Numbered from the stretch's first letter, positions 1 to 10,123 are shown. The stretch: DNA of 64,000 nucleotides from an uncultured Alphaproteobacteria bacterium (GCA_944392155.1 CALXVR010000005.1:501-64500); one strand, 5' to 3'. Notes: generated from the letters alone by a model not told the origin. Numbers and translations are program-made.

Positions 1-1
1 G

Positions 2-454
2 AATTCATTCGTTTATGACGGTTCCGGTAAAGTATACAAAGTAGTAGGGGCAACGGGAATTCAGAATACAAATGAAGATAGCATTGAAGCGCTGGTTAAA
101 GCCGGAACTTTGGAAGAAACGGATTTCGTGTTGAATGATGACAAAAGCCAAGCTGTTAAGATTACCATCAACAAAGAAGCCATCAACAACTCAATTACAC
201 AAGTAGAGGCAGCAGTATCCAAGCTTCGTAATATGGCATCAGTATTTGGTAACAACTACTCAATCGTAGAAGGTCGTGAAGAGTTCACCGAGAACTTGAT
301 TAACGTTCTTGAAGAAGGTGCAGATAAATTGACCTTGGCTGATATGAACGAAGAGTCAGCAAATATGTTGGCTCTGCAAACCAGACAGCAGTTGGCTATT
401 AACTCCTTGAGTTTGGCATCACAGGCTGCACAGTCCGTATTGAGCTTGTTCTAA
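2..454 (+). CDS. fliC: Flagellin, C-terminal part (gene starts upstream of the window)
   Basis: Frame is open from position 2. It ends in the flagellin C-terminal D0 motif ADMNEESANMLALQTRQQLAINSLSLASQAAQSVLSLF. Confidence 0.92.
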   Translation, partial: NSFVYDGSGKVYKVVGATGIQNTNEDSIEALVKAGTLEETDFVLNDDKSQAVKITINKEAINNSITQVEAAVSKLRNMASVFGNNYSIVEGREEFTENLINVLEEGADKLTLADMNEESANMLALQTRQQLAINSLSLASQAAQSVLSLF

Positions 455-473
455 TCAGAACAAAAAACGACAG

Positions 474-502
474 AAAAGGCGGAGTTTTCTCCGCCTTTTT
501 TT
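474..502 (+). terminator. Intrinsic terminator after flagellin
   Basis: GGCGGAG-tttt-CTCCGCC followed by T7. Confidence 0.85.
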
Positions 503-548
503 GTTGTGTTTAAATGCGATTCTCTTTATACTAAACGAGTAAGAAAGC

Positions 549-2279
549 ATGAAGAAAGACAGAATGATGTTATCGGATGTAGAATTTGGCAAAAAAATAT
601 ACCAAGAACTTTGTGAAGAGTTTGGAAGCAATTTTTTGTTTTCCACGGGGGCTTCTGTTTTTGCTCAAAATATTACGGCAAAAGATATTGTTAAGTTAAG
701 CTCAGAAGAGATTGATGCCATTCAAAAAGAATATGACAAAGAAAATTGTCGTGAGATTTTTCAGGCGTTCCTTGAACATAAAATTAATCAGGAAGAAGCT
801 CGTTTTCTGCTCAACTATTATCGTGAGGGAATGAAAGCCTATCGCGAAGTATATCGTGCTTTGTATGAAATTTATGGCATTCCGGAGAAAATAGCTTGTA
901 TGAATCCGCTGAATGGTGAGCTGGAAATGCATGTCCAAAAGATTCCGCATGTTGATGCCAAAAACAACAAAATCATCACCATAAGAGAAAATGTTGTAAC
1001 CAATTACAGCCTGAAAGAGGTTACCCCTTTTACCTGTATGCGCTTGGAATACAGAGATACGGAAAATAATCCTGTCTATGTTATTTTGCCGGTAATGAAA
1101 AAAGCTAAAAGAGCTATTGAGAAAATTCAAGATTACCGCAATGAGGAAATGGAAGAAATCAGAAAAATTAATGAAGATTATAAGCAACACGGAGATATAG
1201 AGCGCTTACAAAAAGAACTTTCATCGGTGCGAGGCCACCTAAACCGAGTAAACGACATTTTGCGTTTAACCATCACACGCAAATATTATACCGGTGTGAG
1301 TCGTACCAGAAACACTCTGACCAATGCTCCGAACTTGGGCATAAATCCGGCAGAAACGCGTAGCTTGTTTTATGACAATGATATGAGAAATTGCGCCCAA
1401 CTCAAAAAGAACGGTAAAAACTATTATGACGACAAGCTTTTTATGCACTTGCTTTTAGAAAACGGCGGTGAGTTAAGGGCTGAGGTGCAGCTCAAAATAG
1501 ATATTTTTTATCGTGCAGATTTGCAAACGCATTTGTTGTATGAAGAACAACGAGTATTAGAAGAAAAATTGCGCGCAGAAAAAGAGAAAATGTCTGCTCA
1601 GGAAGTTCAGCGCAATGAATATAAAATTAATCTGCTGAAAAAAAGTATCCAGAAGATTAATAAGCAAGCCAATCACGAATATAATATGATGGTTTTAGAA
1701 AAAGTCCGCTGGCTGGAAGACGGATATAGAGCATTGCGTATACCGCCGGATTATAAAGACGGCACGTACAAAGCCTGCCACGACTTAATAAAAAGTTGTT
1801 ATATGGTTCGTCCGCACAAGATTTTTGATGTTGATAAAGAGTTTGATGTTAAAGATAAGGAAAACATAAGCATTGCCGCTCGCGGAAATTATGACTTAAA
1901 CAGCATTTTTGCCATATCCAAACGCTACCGCAAATCCATCTCGCTTAAATATTCGCCATTGCATGATAAGGTGGATATTACGGGGCAAGATGAAACTTAT
2001 CCGAACTATATTTCGGGCAAAAAATACAATCCCCGCTATGATAAAAGCGATTGGGATGATTATGGCAAAGCGCGCAAGTTTAGGGTGGATATGAACCAAA
2101 ATATTTATCGTGGAAGTTATGATGATAAATATTGGCAGGATTATGCCGCTGCAGAAAATGAGGTGGCAAAACAAGAAAAAAAATTGACGCGCCGCCAAAT
2201 AAGAATGTATCATAAAACAGTCAATCAAAAGCGGATAAAAGGAGAGATTCCGCTATCTGGTCGTTCGTCCGAAAGATAA
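549..2279 (+). CDS. Hypothetical protein with a central RelA/SpoT-like nucleotidyltransferase domain
   Basis: Ordered motifs KKAKRAIEK (184-192), NDILRLTI (235-242), NYYDDKL (291-297), AEVQL (311-315), HLLYEEQR (328-335). Confidence 0.55.
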   Translation: MKKDRMMLSDVEFGKKIYQELCEEFGSNFLFSTGASVFAQNITAKDIVKLSSEEIDAIQKEYDKENCREIFQAFLEHKINQEEARFLLNYYREGMKAYREVYRALYEIYGIPEKIACMNPLNGELEMHVQKIPHVDAKNNKIITIRENVVTNYSLKEVTPFTCMRLEYRDTENNPVYVILPVMKKAKRAIEKIQDYRNEEMEEIRKINEDYKQHGDIERLQKELSSVRGHLNRVNDILRLTITRKYYTGVSRTRNTLTNAPNLGINPAETRSLFYDNDMRNCAQLKKNGKNYYDDKLFMHLLLENGGELRAEVQLKIDIFYRADLQTHLLYEEQRVLEEKLRAEKEKMSAQEVQRNEYKINLLKKSIQKINKQANHEYNMMVLEKVRWLEDGYRALRIPPDYKDGTYKACHDLIKSCYMVRPHKIFDVDKEFDVKDKENISIAARGNYDLNSIFAISKRYRKSISLKYSPLHDKVDITGQDETYPNYISGKKYNPRYDKSDWDDYGKARKFRVDMNQNIYRGSYDDKYWQDYAAAENEVAKQEKKLTRRQIRMYHKTVNQKRIKGEIPLSGRSSER

Positions 2280-2288
2280 GGGGGAAAA

Positions 2289-3461
2289 ATGCTTAAACTT
2301 GCTTTTTTTGTGGTGTCAATGCTCTTGGGGGCTGAATATGCTTTGGCCCAAATCCCCTCAGCACCGGTAAAAAAAGAAAAACCTCAGCTGAGTTTAACTG
2401 ATACTGTTAAAAACATAGACAGAGGTGATGCTGAAAAGCAGGAAGAGGACTCATCCCCAGCCGAAACCCTGGAAGAGGAAGATAAAGGAATTTTTTCTTT
2501 TATGAATTTTTCTTTTTCTAAAAAGAAAGAAAACAAAAAGGTCTATGCTCGTCCGGATGAAAAAAAAGAAAATTTTGTGCAAAGAATAACCAGACAAGCC
2601 GAAGAAGGAGATGTTAACGCCCAGCTGACATTAGGCTATATGTATTTGTATGGAGAAGAAGGCGTCGATATTGATTATGAAAAAGCCTTTCGTTATTATT
2701 CAATGGCGGCAGCGCAGAAAGACAATGTCGCGGTCAATAATTTAGGAAGCTTATACTATAGCGGTATAGGAACAGAAAAAGATTTTCTGAAGGCGGCAAC
2801 TTTGTTTGATGAAGCTGCAAAATTAGGTAATGTCGAGGCCGCCGTTAATCTTGCTTTTATTTATTTAAGCGGTTCCAATGTCGGGAAGAATAGCCAGGCA
2901 GCCATGGAGTTGTTTAAAAAGGCGGCGGAGAAGGGTAATCCTACGGCTAAGTTTATGCTGGGCTATGCCTATTATAAAGGTTTTGTTTATCCTCAAGACT
3001 ATGGTAAAGCCGTTAAACTTATTCGCGAGGCTGCAAACGCTGAATATGCCGAAGCACAATATATGATGGCGGTCTTGTACATGAATGGTCAAGGAATAAC
3101 TAAAAACTATGGTAATGCAGTCAAGTTTTTCCGTCTGGCCGCCGACCAAGGTAATGTAGACGCAATGACGGAACTTGGTGATATTTTAGCACTGGGAAAT
3201 GCTTATCCGAAAGATATTTATACGGCTCATATGCTGTTTAATATTGCAGCAGTCAGAGGCGCACCGAAAGCCGCCGAAAAACGAGATGCCATCGAAAAGG
3301 TTATGAAAATTGAAGAGCTGCTGCAAGCTCAAACATCAGCTGAAAAATTTGTTGAGAAACCATCGGCTCTGACATCATATGTAAAACAAACATTCGGTAG
3401 CGATATTCGAAAATATATTGATGAAAATATAAAAAAATTAGGTACACAAATTCGTAAATAA
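2289..3461 (+). CDS. Sel1-repeat protein with signal peptide
   Basis: Several AQxxLGxMYxxGxGxxxDYxKAxxxyxxAA repeats; hydrophobic N-terminus ending in ALA. Confidence 0.9.
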   Translation: MLKLAFFVVSMLLGAEYALAQIPSAPVKKEKPQLSLTDTVKNIDRGDAEKQEEDSSPAETLEEEDKGIFSFMNFSFSKKKENKKVYARPDEKKENFVQRITRQAEEGDVNAQLTLGYMYLYGEEGVDIDYEKAFRYYSMAAAQKDNVAVNNLGSLYYSGIGTEKDFLKAATLFDEAAKLGNVEAAVNLAFIYLSGSNVGKNSQAAMELFKKAAEKGNPTAKFMLGYAYYKGFVYPQDYGKAVKLIREAANAEYAEAQYMMAVLYMNGQGITKNYGNAVKFFRLAADQGNVDAMTELGDILALGNAYPKDIYTAHMLFNIAAVRGAPKAAEKRDAIEKVMKIEELLQAQTSAEKFVEKPSALTSYVKQTFGSDIRKYIDENIKKLGTQIRK

Positions 3462-3474
3462 CTAGGAATATATC

Positions 3475-4092
3475 ATGTCCCAAAAAGAACTCAGAGAAAA
3501 GTTTTCTAATTCAGGAATTGAGTTTGTAGACATTGAAACCGTCTACTTTAGGGAAGACACAGAGATAGAAGCCGGAACTTTTGTGGAGCCATTTGTGGTC
3601 TTCGGCCCAAAGGTAAAAATCGGTAAGGGCTGTACGATAAAAGCTTTTTCTCACTTGGAAGATGTTGTAATAGAAGATAATTGTATCATCGGTCCTTTTG
3701 CGCGAATAAGAGGCGGTTCTCATATTGCAAGCAATGCCGGCGTAGGCAATTTTGTTGAGGTCGTTCGCTCAACTATCGGCAGCAAAACGGCGGCATGGCA
3801 CTTAAATTATATTGCAGATGCCGAGATAGAGGAAAATGTTGAAATCGGTGGCGGCTTGGTCATCAGCAATTATGATGGTTTCAATAAGCATAAAACCAAG
3901 ATAGCCAAAAACAGTTTTGTCGGCGCGAACACCACACTAATTTCTCCCGCCAATGTAGGTGAGGGCGCTATGGTTGCCGCCGGAAGTGTTGTCTCAGGAG
4001 ATATTGAAGAGGATTCTTTGGTCATTGAACGCAGCCCGCTGATAAAGAAACCTCATGGAGCTTCAAGATATATGCAAAGAAAAAAATCTTAA
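3475..4092 (+). CDS. glmU: Stand-alone GlmU C-terminal acetyltransferase (hexapeptide repeat) domain
   Basis: IGPFARIR, GNFVEV, HLNYIADA and NYDGFNKHKT motifs; no N-terminal uridyltransferase domain (205 aa). Confidence 0.85.
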   Translation: MSQKELREKFSNSGIEFVDIETVYFREDTEIEAGTFVEPFVVFGPKVKIGKGCTIKAFSHLEDVVIEDNCIIGPFARIRGGSHIASNAGVGNFVEVVRSTIGSKTAAWHLNYIADAEIEENVEIGGGLVISNYDGFNKHKTKIAKNSFVGANTTLISPANVGEGAMVAAGSVVSGDIEEDSLVIERSPLIKKPHGASRYMQRKKS

Positions 4093-4103
4093 AATACACG
4101 AAC

Positions 4104-4132
4104 AAAAAACCCCGCAAATTTGCGGGGTTTTT
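4104..4132. terminator. Bidirectional terminator between convergent glmU-C and thrS
   Basis: A6-CCCCGCA-aatt-TGCGGGG-T5. Confidence 0.85.
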
Positions 4133-4150
4133 ATTAAAAGAATAATCAGC

Positions 4151-6082
4151 TTATTCGTGCTTGTGCGGCATCTCGGCTTCTTTAACCAAAGCAGCAATAA
4201 AGTCATCAAGTTTGACTGTTTCTTGCTTCTCTGAGCCAAGGCGACGAACCGTAACTGTGCCGTTTTCTTTTTCCTTAGCACCGACAACGGCAATAACCGG
4301 AATCTTGGCAACGGAATGCTCACGAATTTTGTAGTTAATCTTTTCGTTGCGCAAATCCGTTTTAGCATATAAACCGGCATTTTGAAGTTTCTTCGCAACT
4401 TCTTCAGCATAATCATCAATTTCGCTGACAATCGGACAAACCACAACTTGTTCCGGAGACAACCACAAAGGCAACTTACCGGCATGGTTCTCAATCAAGA
4501 TACCCAAGAAACGTTCAATAGAACCAAACAGCGCACGGTGCAACATAACCGGCTGGTGTTTTTCGCCATCTTCGCCAATGTAGGAGATGTCAAAGCGTTG
4601 CGGTAAGTTCATATCCATCTGTACCGTACCGCATTGCCACTCACGACCGATGGCGTCACGCAAAATAAATTCCAGCTTAGGACCATAGAAAGCACCTTCG
4701 CCTTCATTAATTTCGTATTTATAGCCATTATGTTCGAGAGCGTTAGCCAAAGCTTTTTCGGAGATATCCCAAATCTCGTCGGAGCCGATACGATAAATGC
4801 TGTCCGGACGAGTTGAGAGATAAATTTTAACATCTTCAAAGCCAAAGTCTTTATAGATGTCCAAAATCAGCTTAATGGTCTTAACGCATTCTTCTTCCAT
4901 TTGCTCGGGTGTGCAGAAAATATGCGCATCATCTTGTGTAAATTCACGTACGCGCATCAAGCCCATCAATGAACCGGATGCTTCGTAACGGTTAACCATA
5001 CCAAACTCAGCCACGCGTAACGGCAAATCACGGTAAGATTTTATGCCTTGTTTATAAACCAATAATCCGCCGGGGCAGTTCATCGGCTTAACGCAAAATT
5101 GTTTTTCATCTTCGGTCTTACCGGAATAGTTATGCGCGCCATATTTATCCCAGTGACCGGAGATTTCCCATAAAACGCGGTCCATAATGCGTGGGGTTGC
5201 AATCTCAATATAACCGTTGTGCTCTTGGCGGTTACGCATATATTCAATCAACTTGCGATAGATTTTATAACCTTTATCATGCCAGAAAACGGCACCCGGA
5301 GCATATTCCGGTTCAAAGTGGAACAAATCCATCTCTTTGCCGAGCTTGCGGTGGTCGCGTTTTTCGGCTTCTTCCAACATTTCCAAATAAGCTTTAAGGT
5401 CTTTTTTGTCGGCCCAAGCGGTTGCATAAATACGTTGCAACATTTCTTTGGAGGAATCTCCGCGCCAATAAGCGCCGGCAACTTTCATCAATTTGAAAGC
5501 ATCACCGATTTTACCCGTAGACGGGACATGCGGACCGCGGCAGAGATCGGTAAATGAGCCTTGGCGGTATAAAGAAATTGTTTCATCTTCCGGCAGGTCT
5601 TCAATAATTTCAGCCTTATAAAATTCACCGTTATTTTTGAAGAATTTGATTGCTTCATTGCGCGGCATGACAATGCGCTCTAACTTTTCATCGCGCTTAA
5701 CAATCTCATGCATTTTTGCTTCAATTTTTTCAAAATCTTCGGTCGTAAAGGGTTCTTTGCGAGCAAAGTCATAATAAAAACCGTTTTCAATAGCAGGGCC
5801 GATTGTAACCTGAACATCGGGCCAAAGCTCCTTAACGGCTTGAGCCATAACATGCGAGCAAGAGTGGCGCAAGATGTGTAAGCCTTCCTTATCCTTGCCG
5901 GTGATAATAGTCACGGTTGCGTCGGTAGTGATGGGAGTGCTTAAATCTTGTGTTGTGCCGTTCACGGTGATAGCTAAAGCCGCCTTGGCCAAATTGGGAC
6001 TAATCTTGTTTGCAATGTCAAAACCGTTGACACCGCTTTCCATCTCTAAAATACTACCATCAGGTAATTTTATCGCAACCAT
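4151..6082 (-). CDS. thrS: Threonine--tRNA ligase
   Basis: TGS domain, HSCSH and DLCRGPH editing motifs, KPMNCP, RVREFTQDDAH, HRALFGSIERF. Confidence 0.98.
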   Translation of the reverse strand: MVAIKLPDGSILEMESGVNGFDIANKISPNLAKAALAITVNGTTQDLSTPITTDATVTIITGKDKEGLHILRHSCSHVMAQAVKELWPDVQVTIGPAIENGFYYDFARKEPFTTEDFEKIEAKMHEIVKRDEKLERIVMPRNEAIKFFKNNGEFYKAEIIEDLPEDETISLYRQGSFTDLCRGPHVPSTGKIGDAFKLMKVAGAYWRGDSSKEMLQRIYATAWADKKDLKAYLEMLEEAEKRDHRKLGKEMDLFHFEPEYAPGAVFWHDKGYKIYRKLIEYMRNRQEHNGYIEIATPRIMDRVLWEISGHWDKYGAHNYSGKTEDEKQFCVKPMNCPGGLLVYKQGIKSYRDLPLRVAEFGMVNRYEASGSLMGLMRVREFTQDDAHIFCTPEQMEEECVKTIKLILDIYKDFGFEDVKIYLSTRPDSIYRIGSDEIWDISEKALANALEHNGYKYEINEGEGAFYGPKLEFILRDAIGREWQCGTVQMDMNLPQRFDISYIGEDGEKHQPVMLHRALFGSIERFLGILIENHAGKLPLWLSPEQVVVCPIVSEIDDYAEEVAKKLQNAGLYAKTDLRNEKINYKIREHSVAKIPVIAVVGAKEKENGTVTVRRLGSEKQETVKLDDFIAALVKEAEMPHKHE

Positions 6083-6106
6083 TTTAAAATTTTCCTTTTA
6101 CTTAAA

Positions 6107-7273
6107 TTAATCATTTTTTTTATCAGAAGCTATAAGCTCCTCATAAACCTTGATAGTTTTATCACACATAATTTCTTTTGTGAAGTTGTCTTTTACGTTT
6201 TTTATTGCAGCTTTCGAAATTTTTTCTTCTTCAGCCGGGGAAAGAGACAGAGCCCAATCAATAGCCTCAGCCAAAGAAGCTGCATTGTTATTATAAAAGA
6301 GCTTGCCTGTTTTTCCGTCAACTATACTATCAAGTGAGCCGCCATGATTTGACGCCACAACGATTTTACCCATGGCTTGTCCTTCAATCGCTATTCGTCC
6401 AAAGGCTTCAGGCTCAATAGCCGTAGATAAAATAACATTAGAAACCATCATCAATGCGGGCATATCCAAAACTTTGCCGAATATGGCGACCCGATTCTCT
6501 AACTCGTATTTTTTTATGAGTTTTTTAAGTTCGTTGACATACTCTTCACGTCCCTGCTCATCACCTGCAATAATGCAATAATAATTTTGATTTTTTACTT
6601 GAGAGAGGGCTTCAATCAACAGATGTTGACCTTTCCATCTGGTTATGCGTCCGCCTAAAAGCAAAACTTTTTTATCATCCGGAATATTGTAATCTTGAAC
6701 GGTTTTAATCATTCTTTCGGATGTAACCGCCTCAGGCGAAAACTTTTCGGTGTTAACACAGCGGTGAACTAATCTAATATTTTCCTCTGAAATCTTATAA
6801 TTAGCTAAAATATGCCGCTTAATATGCTCAGAAATGGCGATGACTTTTTCGCCATAAGTCATGATGCGGTTATAAAGCTTTTTGATACCCCAAGGACCAA
6901 GTCCGTAAGTGCCGTGAAATGTTGTCATATAGTGAGCGCCGGCTTTTTTTGCAGCCCAGTAAGCGCTCCAAGCGGGAGCCCGAGAACGAGCGTGAACAAT
7001 GTTAATCCCTTTTTCTTTAATAAACTTTGCCAGTTCCTTAGAGTTTTTACGCATTTTGAAGATATTTTTGGTCTTAAGAGGCAGCGTCAAATGCTCAACC
7101 TTCATTCTTTCCAAATCATAAACCAATCTGCCGCCTTGAGAGGCCACATAGTTTGTAATGCCTTTTTTTTGTAAGCCGCTTGCAATTTCAACCGTGCCGA
7201 TTTCCACACCGCCCATTTCAAGCTCAGGCAAAACCTGCAAGACAACAGGTTTTTGTTCATTCTCTTTAATCAT
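6107..7273 (-). CDS. Glycosyltransferase family 4
   Basis: GGVE, HARSRAPAWS, GRITRWKG and EPEAFGRIAIEGQAMG motifs. Confidence 0.92.
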   Translation of the reverse strand: MIKENEQKPVVLQVLPELEMGGVEIGTVEIASGLQKKGITNYVASQGGRLVYDLERMKVEHLTLPLKTKNIFKMRKNSKELAKFIKEKGINIVHARSRAPAWSAYWAAKKAGAHYMTTFHGTYGLGPWGIKKLYNRIMTYGEKVIAISEHIKRHILANYKISEENIRLVHRCVNTEKFSPEAVTSERMIKTVQDYNIPDDKKVLLLGGRITRWKGQHLLIEALSQVKNQNYYCIIAGDEQGREEYVNELKKLIKKYELENRVAIFGKVLDMPALMMVSNVILSTAIEPEAFGRIAIEGQAMGKIVVASNHGGSLDSIVDGKTGKLFYNNNAASLAEAIDWALSLSPAEEEKISKAAIKNVKDNFTKEIMCDKTIKVYEELIASDKKND

Positions 7274-7405
7274 GATGCAAAAATTCCTCTAAAAACAACG
7301 ACTGTAGCCGTTTTTCTTATGTTTGTCTGACTCTACAATGATTTTTGATTTACGCAAAGCAAAATTTTCAAAATTATCACATAGAAAAATCACATAAGGC
7401 AATGA

Positions 7406-7867
7406 TTAGTAAATGCCTTTGTTGATTGGGTCATCTTGAAGGACGCCTTGCGGACGATAAACATAAATGTTTGTGACGCTGGGGAGATTATAAGTCCTAT
7501 GCCAATAGCCTCTGTCTTCCATGCATAGTCTATACTTTTTGGGGCTGGAATCAGAGTCGTTGCGTAAGCTGTTAACCATGACCGGCATCGCTCCGGGATA
7601 GGGGACATAGCTGGCCCAAATACCTTTTTCGGCATGCCAATCCGCACGAATGTTCATTTTGACTTCTTCAGAGAAGAACCAAGAACGAACATCAGGCAAA
7701 AGCTTAAAATCCTCGGCTTGTCTCATGCATTCGGAGTGATCTCTGGCGAATTTTTGCACACCGGTGTTTTCTCTTTCCCAATGATAAATAACCTGCCCGT
7801 CGCCGTCTTGGAACAGCGTGCATGAAGAAATAAAAAACATAGCCCCGAGAACAATAAATTTATTCAT
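7406..7867 (-). CDS. Hypothetical lipoprotein
   Basis: Start moved to MNKFIVLGAMFFISSC, which ends in a lipobox; abuts the fzlA stop. Confidence 0.7.
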   Translation of the reverse strand: MNKFIVLGAMFFISSCTLFQDGDGQVIYHWERENTGVQKFARDHSECMRQAEDFKLLPDVRSWFFSEEVKMNIRADWHAEKGIWASYVPYPGAMPVMVNSLRNDSDSSPKKYRLCMEDRGYWHRTYNLPSVTNIYVYRPQGVLQDDPINKGIY

Positions 7868-7868
7868 A

Positions 7869-8534
7869 TTAAAAGTCCAAATTCGCATAATGTTTTGCAG
7901 GTAAAATACCTTTGATATTATCTTTCAATATCTCTTTAAAGCTGGGACGAGACTTGATTTTTGAATACCAAAGTTTTGCATTCTTGTAGCCTTCCCACGG
8001 AATATCTCCCAAATAATCCAGAACGGAAAGATGTGCGGCAGCCGCAATATCGGCAACGGAGAAGTCATCACCGGCAAGATAGTTTCGTCTTTCGGCTAAC
8101 CAATCAAGATACTCCATATGAAAATTAAGATTATTCATGCCGATTTTCAATACTTTTGAGTCCGGCGGATTCCCAAAGCCAAAACGCTTATGAATTTTTT
8201 CTTGTACAATATTACGATCAACTTCTCTTGAAAACTTTGCATCAAACCAATCAATCAAGCGACGAACTTCGGCTTTTTGCTTGGGATCGGAAGGCATAAG
8301 CTTAATTTCGCGATTAACCTCTTCCAAAAACTCGGTAATGGCATAGTTTCCGGCAATGACGTTTCCGTCAAAAACAAAAACGGGAAGTTCACCGGAGGGA
8401 TTTAATTTATACAAGTCTTGAGAAGGTTTCCAGGGCTCCTCTTCCTTTAAAACAAACAACATTCTTTTTTCGGCCATAATAATCCGAATTTTACGAGATG
8501 CCGCAGATGCAGGATGATGTATCAGGAGTACCAT
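7869..8534 (-). CDS. fzlA: GST-family FtsZ-binding protein FzlA
   Basis: GST fold (LNPSGELPV, ADIAAAAHLSVLDYLG) with the FzlA-type tail KSRPSF...PAKHYANLDF. Confidence 0.8.
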   Translation of the reverse strand: MVLLIHHPASAASRKIRIIMAEKRMLFVLKEEEPWKPSQDLYKLNPSGELPVFVFDGNVIAGNYAITEFLEEVNREIKLMPSDPKQKAEVRRLIDWFDAKFSREVDRNIVQEKIHKRFGFGNPPDSKVLKIGMNNLNFHMEYLDWLAERRNYLAGDDFSVADIAAAAHLSVLDYLGDIPWEGYKNAKLWYSKIKSRPSFKEILKDNIKGILPAKHYANLDF

Positions 8535-8627
8535 AAGTTTGCCGCCTTCTGTTAAGGTTTATGCTGAAAGTAATTTAAACAATAAGTATTCAAAGGTCAA
8601 GATGGCGATAATATTTTTTTATTGGCA

Positions 8628-9566
8628 TTACTGTCTTTTCCCCGGAGGCGTAACCATAATCATGGTGTTTGGTTGTTCAATAACCGCGGTTTCGTTAATG
8701 TCTGGCAGTTTTTTATCGCTGCTGAAAGAAGGCGGAACAACACCTTTTGTTTCTTGCTGTATTTGATTGATTGTGTCAATGAGGGTTTGTTCAATCTTCT
8801 TTACGGTTTCCGGATTTTGCATCATGGCCTCAAAGGTCTTGATAAGAAACTTTTTGTGCGGAGATGTTTTAGATATTCCTATAAATAAAGGCATATCCCA
8901 GATGGATTGTTTGGAGAAACTGACTTTATTATAGACGCCCAAACGCATGGCTTCAATCATATTATAATATCGGCTTCCGATAATGTAATCAACTTTTCCT
9001 GCAAATAAAAGCTCATACATATCAAGTGTTTTATCGAATCTTTTAATGTTGTATTGTTTGAGCTCTTGGGCAACATAATCGCTTATATGTTCATGTGTGC
9101 TCATGGCGCCTTGCAGCTTTTTTAAAGCGCTTCGAGATTTTACCTCATTGATTCTGTTAGGGAGCATTATAGCGACAATCGGATTGTTGACGGCGGCAGG
9201 GAAAATATATTCCAACCCCATATACATATCTGTTTCGTGATACATGCCGAGCAGCATGTCTATCTCGCCGCGTCTGACATCTCTTACTAATGTTGCATAG
9301 TTTTTTGTGATGACGTAGTTTACTTCAAAATTTTGCTTTTCGGCATATTGCGCGATAACAGGTTGAAAAATGCTGGTGAAACTGTCTTTGTACGGAGGAT
9401 CGGCATAATGCCCAAAGGGAGGGTAGTCTAAGAACGCAGCAATCTTTAATTCCTGCTTGACTCTGTTTTTTTCTTTCTTTAACTCAACCATCTGCGCAGA
9501 AACTGCTTCAATAAGAAAAACCCCGATGAAAAGAGAAAAAAGTATTATTTTAGTAAGTTTTGCCAT
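8628..9566 (-). CDS. Periplasmic substrate-binding domain protein (family 3-like)
   Basis: Signal peptide from MAKLTK; DYPPFG, GEIDMLLG and GKVDYIIG motifs; no permease gene adjacent. Confidence 0.7.
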   Translation of the reverse strand: MAKLTKIILFSLFIGVFLIEAVSAQMVELKKEKNRVKQELKIAAFLDYPPFGHYADPPYKDSFTSIFQPVIAQYAEKQNFEVNYVITKNYATLVRDVRRGEIDMLLGMYHETDMYMGLEYIFPAAVNNPIVAIMLPNRINEVKSRSALKKLQGAMSTHEHISDYVAQELKQYNIKRFDKTLDMYELLFAGKVDYIIGSRYYNMIEAMRLGVYNKVSFSKQSIWDMPLFIGISKTSPHKKFLIKTFEAMMQNPETVKKIEQTLIDTINQIQQETKGVVPPSFSSDKKLPDINETAVIEQPNTMIMVTPPGKRQ

Positions 9567-9613
9567 TATAGATACCGAAAAAAATTGTATTATCTTAAAA
9601 TCTATTCTAAAAT

Positions 9614-9654
9614 ATAACTCAATATTAACCAAATTTGATTAAAAAGACTTTAAC
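9614..9654 (+). promoter_or_regulatory. Tandem CtrA-type boxes upstream of flaF
   Basis: Perfect TTAA-aaagact-TTAAC at 9639-9654 and a one-mismatch ATAA-ctcaata-TTAAC at 9614-9629. Confidence 0.6.
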
Positions 9655-9679
9655 TAAAACAATATCAAGAGTGCAAAAA

Positions 9680-10072
9680 ATGAATGAATCGCAGAAATAT
9701 TCCGCAGCTGAAGTATCGTCCATGCAACAAAATGAGCTGGAAAGCAGAGCTTTTATAAGAACGGCATCTGCTCTGAACATAATCAAGGAACATTGGGAAG
9801 AAAAAAAATCAGAATTGCCGGAGGCTCTTGATAAAAATCGTCGCCTATGGACAATTATCGCCAGTGCCATGCAGGAGCAGGATTGCCCTCAGCCGCCGGA
9901 GATTAGGCAAAATATAATTAATTTGGCAATGTTTGTCTTTCAAAGAACAGTGAAAGTCTTGGCCGAGCCGTCGCCGGATGCTTTGAACGCTCTGATTAAT
10001 ATTAATATGAATATCGCCAGAGGTTTGGCGGGTAAGCAGGCTGATGAAAATGAGCTTTCTTCCGATATGTAA
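9680..10072 (+). CDS. flaF: Flagellar biosynthesis regulator FlaF
   Basis: RELE-like ELESRAF, EALDKNRRLW, PxEIRQNIINL and LININMNIARGL; start taken at ATG 9680. Confidence 0.9.
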   Translation: MNESQKYSAAEVSSMQQNELESRAFIRTASALNIIKEHWEEKKSELPEALDKNRRLWTIIASAMQEQDCPQPPEIRQNIINLAMFVFQRTVKVLAEPSPDALNALININMNIARGLAGKQADENELSSDM

Positions 10073-10096
10073 TTTGGATATGTAAGAAAATAATCT

Positions 10097-10123
10097 AAAA
10101 AAGGAGCCGAGCTCCTTTTTTTT
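10097..10123 (+). terminator. Terminator after flaF
   Basis: A6-GGAGC-cga-GCTCC-T8. Confidence 0.75.
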
